64,000 nt of DNA from an uncultured Victivallales bacterium (GTDB lineage Bacteria > Verrucomicrobiota > Lentisphaeria > Victivallales > UBA1829): positions 7,100 through 71,099 of the forward strand of contig CALXRI010000003.1 in NCBI GenBank assembly GCA_944390795.1, given 5' to 3'. A model generated the notes under the pieces. The model had not been told where the DNA came from. It ran no database searches and saw only the letters and a program-made list of their open reading frames with translations. Both the position numbers and the translations under genes were made by a program. Positions 55,571-63,773 of this stretch are shown piece after piece (the first letter of the stretch is position 1; each line of letters opens with the position of its first letter).

Positions 55571-56671
55571 TCAACTGCCGAGTTCTGAAAAAAGTTTTTT
55601 ATACTGTTTGACGACAACTTCCACGGAATGATGCCCTTCCACATAGTTCCGGGCTTCATTCCCCAGTTTTTCCCGCAGAGCGGGATTTTCCGCCAGTCTT
55701 ATAAGACCCCGTGCGCCGGCCTGAATGTCGCCTTTCGGAAAAAGCAGACCGGTCCGCCCCTCGTGAATCACTTCCGATGTCCCGTCCACATCGCTTGCCA
55801 GAATCGCGAGCGATGCCGCCATCCCTTCCAGCAGAACATTGGCAAGCGGTTCCCAGTGCGCCGTGTGGAGCAGGATGTCCATTGCCCCGTAGACGGATTC
55901 CACATCTTTCCGGAATGGAAGAAACACCACGGAATCCTGAATCCCGAGTTCTCCTGTTTCCTGTTGCAGTTTTTCTTTCAGTTCTCCGTCCCCCAGCAGG
56001 AAGAACCGGAGGTCCGGAACTTGCTTCAGTGCGAGCGATGCGATGCGCAGGTAATCGCTCTGCGCCTTCTGCGGCATGAACCTGCCCGCGTTCAGCACTG
56101 CGATTGAACGGTCGGAAAGTCCCAGTTCCTCCCGCAGCCGGCGTCGTTGAGCGGCGGGGGGGCGGCGGAAACGGTCCGGTTCCACGAAGTTGCGGATGAT
56201 GCAGATTCTGCTGTCCGGAATTCCGCGCGCCAGCAGCTGCCTGCGGATTGCATCCGAAACCGCCAGCGCCTTTGTATTGAATGAAGTGAACAGCCGGTCC
56301 AGCCATGGAAAACTGCACCATCCGCGGACCGACATGTTTCTGGACATGTTGATCCGTTCCACGCAGGGCACATGCGCCAGCCTTGCCGCCAGGGCGATAA
56401 AACGCGAGGCATGCAGATAGATGACATCCGGATGTTCCTTCCTGAGCTCACGAATCATGAAAAGGAGAAAAAATGGATTTTCCGGGGAAAAAGGCATGAT
56501 TCTGCAGGGGATGTTCCGTTTCCTCATTTCCTCTTCCAGAGGGCCTTTCCGGAAAAGCCAGCAGGAAAAGTGAACCGGGGAATCGGCGGCCATGGCGTCA
56601 ATCAGTTTCAACAGAAAAACCTGACTTCCGCCCAACTCGCCGTATGTGACCGGCACCAGTATCTTCAACAT
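55571..56671 (-). CDS. Glycosyltransferase family 4 (GT-B)
   Basis: 366 aa. MLKILVPVTYGELGGSQV start and the HTAHWEPLANVLLEGMA (E-x7-E region) motif. GGAGGAAGGAG lies upstream of the ATG. Confidence 0.85.
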   Translation of the reverse strand: MLKILVPVTYGELGGSQVFLLKLIDAMAADSPVHFSCWLFRKGPLEEEMRKRNIPCRIMPFSPENPFFLLFMIRELRKEHPDVIYLHASRFIALAARLAHVPCVERINMSRNMSVRGWCSFPWLDRLFTSFNTKALAVSDAIRRQLLARGIPDSRICIIRNFVEPDRFRRPPAAQRRRLREELGLSDRSIAVLNAGRFMPQKAQSDYLRIASLALKQVPDLRFFLLGDGELKEKLQQETGELGIQDSVVFLPFRKDVESVYGAMDILLHTAHWEPLANVLLEGMAASLAILASDVDGTSEVIHEGRTGLLFPKGDIQAGARGLIRLAENPALREKLGNEARNYVEGHHSVEVVVKQYKKLFSELGS

Positions 56672-57146
56672 CCAAAACTCCTTCCTCCGGATGACAGCGG
56701 CTCAAGTATCTCATCCGCCATCCGCCGCTGACATGCCGTGCATCACTTCGTCGGTGAATATAATCCGGATCGTCTCCGAATGCAAGTCTGCGGCGTTGTT
56801 TTTTTGTGGCAAAAAGAACTGTTTCCGACCGGGATTTCCCGGAAATGGCGGATGCCCGCGAACGTGCGGAAACTGCCGCCGGTCCGTTATGAGGCGGAAT
56901 ATGCGGCCCGGTGATTCCGCCGTCTACCTGCATTGTCTCCTGCGGTTTTCCGGATTGACGGGGCAGGAATTTGCATTCTCGCGGCGCGGTCAATGCCGAG
57001 TTCCTGATGGCGTTCGGGGAGCATTTCCGCTTTGCAGAAAAACGGACGTCGGGGAAACGGCTGCAGAGACAGGCGCGCCCGAGGCATGATGCGACCATGG
57101 ACGTTGAAAAACCTTTCCGGATTCCTTCCGTTTCCTGTTTGCCGAT

Positions 57147-58166
57147 TCAGGGAGCAGAGGCGGTTCTAGGAGGAACCGTGGATTCCCTTGCGATCAGGCG
57201 CCGTTTCACCCGGCAGACGGACCGGGGTGCGGACGGTTCCTCCATCCGGTGCAGGAGCGTGGTGACAAGTGCGTCCGCCAGCGTGTCTTCGGAAAGTTCT
57301 CCGAAACTGGTCAGCGTCGGCGTCACGACTTCCGTAAACGGAATGTTGTCGCAGCCGGTTACACTCAGATCCTCCGGCAGGTGATAGCCGCGGCAGGTCA
57401 TCTCGCGCATGAAATAAATGGCAAGCATGTCGGTGGGAAACACGATGGCCGTCGGGCGGTCCCGCATTGCCTCATACCAGTCCGCCACCAGCCTTGCGAG
57501 ATGCGGCAGATTCGACTGCGACAGAACGGAAAATCCGTCGAATTCCCCCATCCACTGTGTCGAGAGCCCGTGCGCGGTCAGTTCTGCTGCAAAGTGTTCG
57601 GTCAGGCTTCTGTAATGCGGCGCCAGAATGCTGGAATAGGGATAGGCGATCCGGCGATGCCCCAGAGCGTGAAGATATGCGACCACCTGCGTGAAAATAT
57701 CCCTGCCGTCGAAATCGACCACGTCAAAACGGGGGTCGTCCGTAATCAGGGAGACCACGGGAATATTGGCGTCTTCCGGAATATGGCGGGGTTCCACGGT
57801 GATGATGCCGGACGGACAGCGGCAGAGGATGCTTTCCGCCGCCCGTTCCTGCCCCCTGCTGTCTTTCCAGAAGGCGAAGGAGGAAAGATAGCCGTGTCCC
57901 TCCAGAAGAGGGCCCAGCGCACCTGTCAGATAACTGTAGATGTTGTTTGTCGGAACGGGGAGCAGGATTCCGACGGAGAGGCTTTTGCCCAGACGCAGTT
58001 CCTGCGCCGCCAGATTCCGGCGGTAGCCGAGGCGCTTGGCCGTCTCCATGATTTTCCTTGCGGTTTTTTCACTGATTCTGCGCCGCCGGCCCTGTCCGGA
58101 AAGCACCGCCGAAACCGCTGTCTGGCTGACACCTGCAAGCGCGGCAATGTCTTTGGTCGTGATCAT
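57147..58166 (-). CDS. LacI family transcriptional regulator
   Basis: ATG 58166 (MITTKDIAALAGVSQTAVSAVLSG) with AAGGAG upstream, inside ORF 57147..58253. PBP-type effector domain. Confidence 0.9.
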   Translation of the reverse strand: MITTKDIAALAGVSQTAVSAVLSGQGRRRRISEKTARKIMETAKRLGYRRNLAAQELRLGKSLSVGILLPVPTNNIYSYLTGALGPLLEGHGYLSSFAFWKDSRGQERAAESILCRCPSGIITVEPRHIPEDANIPVVSLITDDPRFDVVDFDGRDIFTQVVAYLHALGHRRIAYPYSSILAPHYRSLTEHFAAELTAHGLSTQWMGEFDGFSVLSQSNLPHLARLVADWYEAMRDRPTAIVFPTDMLAIYFMREMTCRGYHLPEDLSVTGCDNIPFTEVVTPTLTSFGELSEDTLADALVTTLLHRMEEPSAPRSVCRVKRRLIARESTVPPRTASAP

Positions 58167-58337
58167 TATGCTCCTTTCCGGATTTTTTCCCCCGCTGCTG
58201 CTACGCAACAGCTTCTCTTGTTTCATTATAATCACATTTCGGGAAAAAAGCAATAGGTCCGGCAGGAAAAAATGATTTTTTCAGATATGGCGGAGCGGAA
58301 AAGGCTTCCGGAAAAGGGCAGGGGAGTTCTTTCCGGA

Positions 58338-58487
58338 AAATGAATCGCCGCGACGCAGGCATGCGCGGTATCGGGGATTTCGCCTGCGGCGACCAGCTTG
58401 CGCAGCTGGACCGCGGCAGGACTGAGAGGAAGGCACGAAATATTTTTGCGATGCAGTGCATCGCGGGACGAGCTGATTTTTTTAATC
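58338..58487 (-). repeat. Inverted-orientation copy of the ~150-nt repeat unit
   Basis: The reverse complement aligns along the whole unit. A 42-nt core (58387-58428; ctctcagtcctgccgcggtccagctgcgcaagctggtcgccg) is identical to both tandem copies, while the flanks carry many substitutions. The copy abuts the IclR stop codon (palindrome CTGATTaaaaaAATCAG). Confidence 0.85.
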
Positions 58488-59262
58488 AGAAGCCATTTCC
58501 CGCGCATCTCAAATGACGCATGACGGAGGCCGCCGCCCGCTTCAGGTGCGCGAGGATGATGCGGTCGCGTGATTCTCCCGCATGTTCGGGAAGTGTATAG
58601 ACTCCCAGTGCGCCGGCAATCTCTCCCCCCGGGGCGAACACCGGCACGGCATAACTGTAAGTCCGGTAACGCTTGCGGAGCGTGATGCAGTATCCCCGCG
58701 TGCGGATCCGTTTCACTTCATCCTCGTAATCGGGCCAGTAAAATTCGGGCATGCCGTTTTCCTCCATGAGAAGCTGCCGGCGTTCCGGTGATGAAAAGGC
58801 GAAGATGACCTTCCCCGTTGCGGTCTCATAGAGATAAAACCGGCGGACGGTTTCCACATCCGGGCGTTGGAGATCGCCGCGCGGGCCGACGTTCACGAAT
58901 GTGGTCCAGACATTGTTTTCCAGAAGGATGTAAGTCATTCCCTCTCCGATTTCTTTTACGTGGCGCAGGAGAGTGTCTGTCACGCGCGACTGGAAACGGC
59001 AGGTCGCGGTCTGATTGCGGTAGGCGATTTTCCTGCACTGGCATCCCGTCGTGTAATTGCCGAATCCGTCTTTTTCGATGTAGCCGCAGGCTGCCATTGT
59101 CTTCAGCAGATTGTGAGCTGTCTTGACGGAAATGCCCTGTTTCTGGGCGAGTGTTTTCAGACGCATGGAATTTCCGCGCGGATTGTCAAACAGCAGAATG
59201 GACAGCATGTCCAGCGCCTTTTTCACCGATTTGACGGGCACTTCATCCTTTTTTCCCCTCAT
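58486..59262 (-). CDS. IclR family transcriptional regulator
   Basis: ATG 59262 (MRGKKDEVPVKSVKKALDMLSILL...). wHTH plus an IclR effector-domain layout, 258 aa. It is the only protein-like part of the 1246-aa track ORF 58486..62226. Confidence 0.85.
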   Translation of the reverse strand: MRGKKDEVPVKSVKKALDMLSILLFDNPRGNSMRLKTLAQKQGISVKTAHNLLKTMAACGYIEKDGFGNYTTGCQCRKIAYRNQTATCRFQSRVTDTLLRHVKEIGEGMTYILLENNVWTTFVNVGPRGDLQRPDVETVRRFYLYETATGKVIFAFSSPERRQLLMEENGMPEFYWPDYEDEVKRIRTRGYCITLRKRYRTYSYAVPVFAPGGEIAGALGVYTLPEHAGESRDRIILAHLKRAAASVMRHLRCAGNGF

Positions 59263-59325
59263 GGAGCATCTCCCCTTTGTTTTCCGGAAACAATAGCCGG
59301 CCGTGGCGGGATTTGCAACTTCATA

Positions 59326-59357
59326 TTTCCCGTAATATGGGAAAATATCGTTTTCCC
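59326..59357. promoter_or_regulatory. Candidate IclR operator in the divergent IclR / GH89 intergenic region
   Basis: TTTCCC (59326-31), N7, GGGAAAA (59339-45), N5, TTTTCCC (59351-57). These form two overlapping inverted repeats that share the central half-site. Confidence 0.4.
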
Positions 59358-59478
59358 GTTGCTTTTCCGTCCCGCCGGACGGATAGTAAAAAGAGAAATC
59401 CCGGACAGGCGCGTTTCCTGCCCCAGTGCGTCTTTTCCGGGGAGAAAGACAATCAGTTATCTGAAAGGAGAGTCTGCC

Positions 59479-61812
59479 ATGTTTAGAATTCTGATTCCGG
59501 AAGAGAGTGCGGGAATTCACCGGATCGCAGCGGATGTCCTTGCCGCCTGCACGCGGGAGATCACCGGACGGACGCCGGAGACCGTTGTGCGCGACGATGC
59601 GGAAAGCGATCTTGTCGTGCTGGGTTCCGATGCGGAAAATCCCTTTGCGCTCGACCTGCTGCTGGCGGGGAAGCTTGACCAGCCCCGTATCCGCTGCGGC
59701 AGCGACGACTATTCCCTGACGAGTCTGCGCGACGGCGGGCGGAAACTGCTTCTGATTGCGGGCGGCCGGGGGAGGGCTCTCCTTTACGGCGTCTATGATT
59801 ATCTGGAACGCTGCGGCTGTTCCTGGTTCTGGGATGCGGATCTTTTTCCGAAACTGGACGAACTGCCCCTGGAAAACTTCCATGTCTGCGGGAGACCCCG
59901 TTTCGAATACCGCGGACTGCGTTATTTCGCGCACCGCAGTCTGCACCGCTTTCAGGCGGAGCACTGGAATCTGGAAGACTGGAAGCGGGAGATCGACTGG
60001 ATTCTGAAAAAACGCCTGAACTTCTTCATGCTCCGCATCGGTCTGGACGATCTCTTCCAGAAGGCCTTCCCGGAGATTGTCCCCTATCCCGCTCCGGAAG
60101 GGAGCTCCGCGACGGACATTCCGCGCTCGTTCAACGACCGCACGCAGTTCTGGAGTCTTGCGGAACGGGGGAGACTGCGGGAGGCTCTTCTCCGGTACGC
60201 GCGGGAACGGGATCTCATGCATCCCGAGGACACCGGGACGATGACGCACTGGTACAGCCGGACCCCGCAGGAGTTCCTGGACGCCGTGAAACCGGAGTTC
60301 ATGCCCCAGGCGAACGAAAAGCAGTACGGCGAACCTTCCGGACTCGTCTGGGATATCCGGAAGGACAGGAATCTGGACAACTATTTCCGGCTTACGGAGG
60401 CGCACATCGCACTCGGCGGTCCTCCGGAACTGTTTCATACCATCGGCCTTGCCGAACGTCTCTGTTTTCACGATCATGCCCGGAATCATGCACTGAAACT
60501 CTACACCTACCGCAGGATCATCGGAAAACTGCGTTCGCGCCATCCCCTCCCGCCGCTGCTGATCGCCTCCTGGGATTTTCTCTGTTCCTGGACGCCGGAG
60601 GAGGTCCGCGGCCTGCTTGCCGAACTGGACGCCGGGAACACTCTGATTCTCGATTACACCTCCGACAGCTGCGATGAACGCAACAACTTCCTGAACTGGA
60701 ATCTGCCCGGAAAGTTCCCTTGGATCTTCGGCATCTTCCACGCGTTTGAATCCAATACGGAGATGCGCGGCAATTACGATGTGATTGAACGCCGCCTGCC
60801 CGTCGCCGCGGAGGATCCCATGTGCAGGGGAATGATCTTCTGGCCGGAGAGTTCCCATACGGACACCCTCATGCTGGAGTACTTTGCCGCCAACGCCTGG
60901 AATCCCGCACATGTCCGGATTGTGGAGTATCTGGAACTTTTCTGCGCCCGGCGTTACCGCGGCGCGGAAGCCGGACAAATGACTCCAGTCTGGCGTGTCA
61001 TGCTGCCCCTGATCCGGAGCAACTACTGGCGTCAGAACCGGCAGATGCCCATACGCGGAGCCCTCTATCAGGATTATGTCTTTCACATTCTTGGGTATGC
61101 CATGACGGATCTTTATCCCGTCTGGCTGGAAAATCATGAAGCAATCACGAGGGAGCTTGGAAGGGCGATTCATGCCGCGCCCGTCTGTTGGCGCATGCTT
61201 GGAAAGACGGACTATTGCTCGTTGAGCGCCCATGCAAAACGGGACTGGATCGATCTGGCGCGCTGCGCCGCTTCGCGTCTCTCCAATTTCGCATGCGGCG
61301 TTCTTGCCCTGCATATGGAGGCGTGGAGGAACGGAGAGACAAATTCCGAATCCGTTCTGGGGTATGCGGAAGCCATCGGCGAACTCCTCCGGATGGAAAA
61401 GATGCTGCTCGGAGCCCATGAGGATTATTCGCTTTATGCCTCTCTTCTCCGGATGCGGGAGAGCGCACCGGTCAATCCCGCTTTCGAGTCTGCCCTGAAA
61501 GGCAATGCGGAAAATGAATACTGCCGCAGTTTTGCAAGCGAACTCTTTGACGCCTGCTATCTGCCGGAATTCGAGTGTTACCGGAAATGGCTGGAGCGGA
61601 AAATCTCTTCCGGGGACCGTTCCCCCTGGCGTTATCCGGAAGCGTTGTTCACCCGGGAGAAGAAACGGATCGAGGACCGTTTTTATGAGACGGCTCTGGC
61701 GGCTTTCGCCCCGGATCGGGAGGACTGCATTGCGGCGCTTCCAGCGACCTTGTCGAATCTGGAAGGGATCGCGGCGAAGCTGCTCTCCGGCATTGGCGCG
61801 ATTTACGTCTGA
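59479..61812 (+). CDS. GH89-like alpha-N-acetylglucosaminidase (divergent)
   Basis: ATG 59479 with AAGGAG at 59465-70, inside ORF 58867..61812. Blocks align by eye to NAGLU-family landmarks: LLYGVYDYLERCGCSWFW; WNLEDWKREIDWILKKRLNFF; LILDYTSDS...FPWIFGIFHAFESN; YLELFCARRYRG. No signal peptide. Confidence 0.7.
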   Translation: MFRILIPEESAGIHRIAADVLAACTREITGRTPETVVRDDAESDLVVLGSDAENPFALDLLLAGKLDQPRIRCGSDDYSLTSLRDGGRKLLLIAGGRGRALLYGVYDYLERCGCSWFWDADLFPKLDELPLENFHVCGRPRFEYRGLRYFAHRSLHRFQAEHWNLEDWKREIDWILKKRLNFFMLRIGLDDLFQKAFPEIVPYPAPEGSSATDIPRSFNDRTQFWSLAERGRLREALLRYARERDLMHPEDTGTMTHWYSRTPQEFLDAVKPEFMPQANEKQYGEPSGLVWDIRKDRNLDNYFRLTEAHIALGGPPELFHTIGLAERLCFHDHARNHALKLYTYRRIIGKLRSRHPLPPLLIASWDFLCSWTPEEVRGLLAELDAGNTLILDYTSDSCDERNNFLNWNLPGKFPWIFGIFHAFESNTEMRGNYDVIERRLPVAAEDPMCRGMIFWPESSHTDTLMLEYFAANAWNPAHVRIVEYLELFCARRYRGAEAGQMTPVWRVMLPLIRSNYWRQNRQMPIRGALYQDYVFHILGYAMTDLYPVWLENHEAITRELGRAIHAAPVCWRMLGKTDYCSLSAHAKRDWIDLARCAASRLSNFACGVLALHMEAWRNGETNSESVLGYAEAIGELLRMEKMLLGAHEDYSLYASLLRMRESAPVNPAFESALKGNAENEYCRSFASELFDACYLPEFECYRKWLERKISSGDRSPWRYPEALFTREKKRIEDRFYETALAAFAPDREDCIAALPATLSNLEGIAAKLLSGIGAIYV

Positions 61813-62774
61813 CTCCCGGCTGTCCGCTGTTTTTCCTTCCCGCAAGGAAACCGTCCTGCATCCGGGAGCTCTTCCTCTTCCGGATCGGGTGCGGCGACGG
61901 GAAATTCCGGAACTGTTCCGTTTCGCGCGGCGGATGGAGAACACCGGAGGTGTTTCCGGAAGACTTTCCACATATGGCTGTAGTTGTAGAACCCGCACTG
62001 GAACGCGATGGAATCGTTTGTCAGAGAGGTTTCGCGCAGAAGCGAGATCGCGCGGTTGACGCGCAGTCTCTGCAGATATTCCGAAGGACGCATGCCCAGG
62101 ATCTGCTTGAATTTCCGCTGCAGTGCGCTCATGCTCATGCCGGAGTGCTTTGCGAGGCTTTCGATGCGGAACGCGCTGTCGCCGAGATGGTCGTTCATCA
62201 TCCGGATCACCGTGTTCAGCGTCCATTTCTGCGACGGGGAATTCTGCGCCCTGCAGTAGTAGGCAAGCAGAATGACCGCGGCGGTGAACAGGGAGATGAT
62301 GATGGTCTGATAACCGGGACGCCGGGTTTTCAGTTCGGAACGGATCGTCCGGAGGAAGAAGGTGATTTTATCCAGGTCGCGTTTCCGGATGTTTCCCAGA
62401 ACTCCTGCAAACGCCCCTCCTTTGCCGCCGCCCGGATAGAGCAGATGCAGGAACGGGGATTTTGTCAGCAGAATCATCGGGATCGGGACACTGGAATTGT
62501 AGAGAATGTTGTAGATGAGCGTTCCCTCCTGCATCTGCGAGTAGGCGTGCTTCATCCCGGGATGGATCAGGAGAAAATCCCCTTTTTTCAGAGAATGGAT
62601 CTCGTTTCCGCAATGATGAGTGATGCCTCCTTCGGCGATCAGGATGATTTCCGAGAAATCGTGGGAGTGAAGCAGAATCTGGGAACAGTTCAGATTGTTC
62701 TCCAGTGTCATTGTCGTGACGGAAATCGGGAAATAGGAATCCTCGATGTAGTTTTTCAGGCTTAGATTCAGCAT
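61803..62774 (-). CDS. AraC family regulator (cupin sensor + HTH)
   Basis: Likely start is ATG 62774 (MLNLSLKNY). HSHDFSEIILIAEG cupin. C-terminal SLAKHSGMSMSALQRKFKQILGMRPSEYLQRLRVNRAISLL...IAFQCGFYNYSHMWKVFRKH. The tail overlaps the GH89 stop by 10 nt. Confidence 0.85.
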   Translation of the reverse strand: MLNLSLKNYIEDSYFPISVTTMTLENNLNCSQILLHSHDFSEIILIAEGGITHHCGNEIHSLKKGDFLLIHPGMKHAYSQMQEGTLIYNILYNSSVPIPMILLTKSPFLHLLYPGGGKGGAFAGVLGNIRKRDLDKITFFLRTIRSELKTRRPGYQTIIISLFTAAVILLAYYCRAQNSPSQKWTLNTVIRMMNDHLGDSAFRIESLAKHSGMSMSALQRKFKQILGMRPSEYLQRLRVNRAISLLRETSLTNDSIAFQCGFYNYSHMWKVFRKHLRCSPSAARNGTVPEFPVAAPDPEEEELPDAGRFPCGKEKQRTAGSQT

Positions 62775-62818
62775 CTCTCCTCCCCGTTTTCCGTAACAGA
62801 TAGACAGCGTTTCGTGAT

Positions 62819-62929
62819 ATTGCAAGAGAAAAACCTCAAAAAAAGCTTATTTTATAGATGTAATTGCTGTTTTTGTAGATTGCAAAAAAAATTTTCCGGT
62901 TATAATTTACAGAAGAAGACATCATTGCA
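62819..62929. promoter_or_regulatory. Repeated ATTGC(A/T) hexamers and a promoter-like elements pair between the AraC gene and the pseudopilin gene
   Basis: ATTGCA at 62819, 62879 and 62924, and ATTGCT at 62863. Direct repeat TTT(A/G)TAGAT at 62851 and 62872. TTGCAA (62880-85), N15, TATAAT (62901-06). Confidence 0.35.
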
Positions 62930-62964
62930 GGATTTCGTTTGTCAATCTTTCAAGAGGGGACATT

Positions 62965-63738
62965 ATGAAAATGAAGAGTCCGTCGTCACTGCAGATCAGA
63001 CATTGTTTCACCTTGATCGAGCTCCTGGTCGTGATTGCGATCATCGCGATTCTGGCCTCCATGCTTCTGCCTGCGCTGAACAAGGCAAAGCAGACGGCGC
63101 AGAACATTTACTGCACAAACAATTCCAAAACCATCATGCAGGGAATGCTTCTCTATGCGGATACTTACCAGTATTTCCCATACCGGGACATCGAAGTCGG
63201 GAATCCGGAAGGAAGATTCTGGTATCAGATGATTTACGGAATGCTGACCGGAGACAAGGGGAATAATCTGAAATTCTATCAGCGGTCCGCTTTTTACAAA
63301 TGTCCCGCCTATCGCTACACGGGCGATATCGGCTATCAAACCATCGCCTATGGGAAAAACGACTGGCTGGGAACAGCCATTTCTGCCTCTACCAATTCTC
63401 CGGTGAGACCGGAACAGGTGAAACGGTCTTCCCGCGTCATTGCCGTAGGAGACAGTGACGATGACGCCTATTTCGGGATGATTATTGCCGACAGCACTTA
63501 TCCGCTGGGCAACCGTCACGGCGGCAAGGCGACGGCGGCGTTTGCGGACGGACATGCGGAAATCGTTCTTTCCCGGGATTGGCTTGCTCCCGGAGTGACA
63601 TATGGCGCCATGGACTATGCGACGGGGACAAGTCTTGTCCATTCCAGCTCTTCCCCCGTCGCCACTACGCTCAGGGCCCCGGAACACCTTTGTAAATGGG
63701 GCGCCCGCGGAGCGGGATACGATTATCTGACAAAATAA
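62965..63738 (+). CDS. Prepilin-type N-terminal methylation-domain protein, H-X9-DG (DUF1559-like) pseudopilin
   Basis: 257 aa. [32 protein letters not shown]-terminal segment and C-terminal HGGKATAAFADGH. Confidence 0.85.
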   Translation: MKMKSPSSLQIRHCFTLIELLVVIAIIAILASMLLPALNKAKQTAQNIYCTNNSKTIMQGMLLYADTYQYFPYRDIEVGNPEGRFWYQMIYGMLTGDKGNNLKFYQRSAFYKCPAYRYTGDIGYQTIAYGKNDWLGTAISASTNSPVRPEQVKRSSRVIAVGDSDDDAYFGMIIADSTYPLGNRHGGKATAAFADGHAEIVLSRDWLAPGVTYGAMDYATGTSLVHSSSSPVATTLRAPEHLCKWGARGAGYDYLTK

Positions 63739-63773
63739 TAACGGAATAACAGAACAGAAAGGATTCATTTGAA

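Noticed and set aside
58486-62226. 1246-aa minus-strand ORF, the longest after the giant GH gene
   Set aside because: This ORF is chimeric. Only the last 258 codons (59262 down to 58486) form a coherent IclR-family regulator with its own start. The upstream ~990 codons are the stop-free antisense frame of the GH89-like gene (59479..61812 +). That part has an Arg/Gly/Pro-rich, low-complexity composition and no recognisable motifs.
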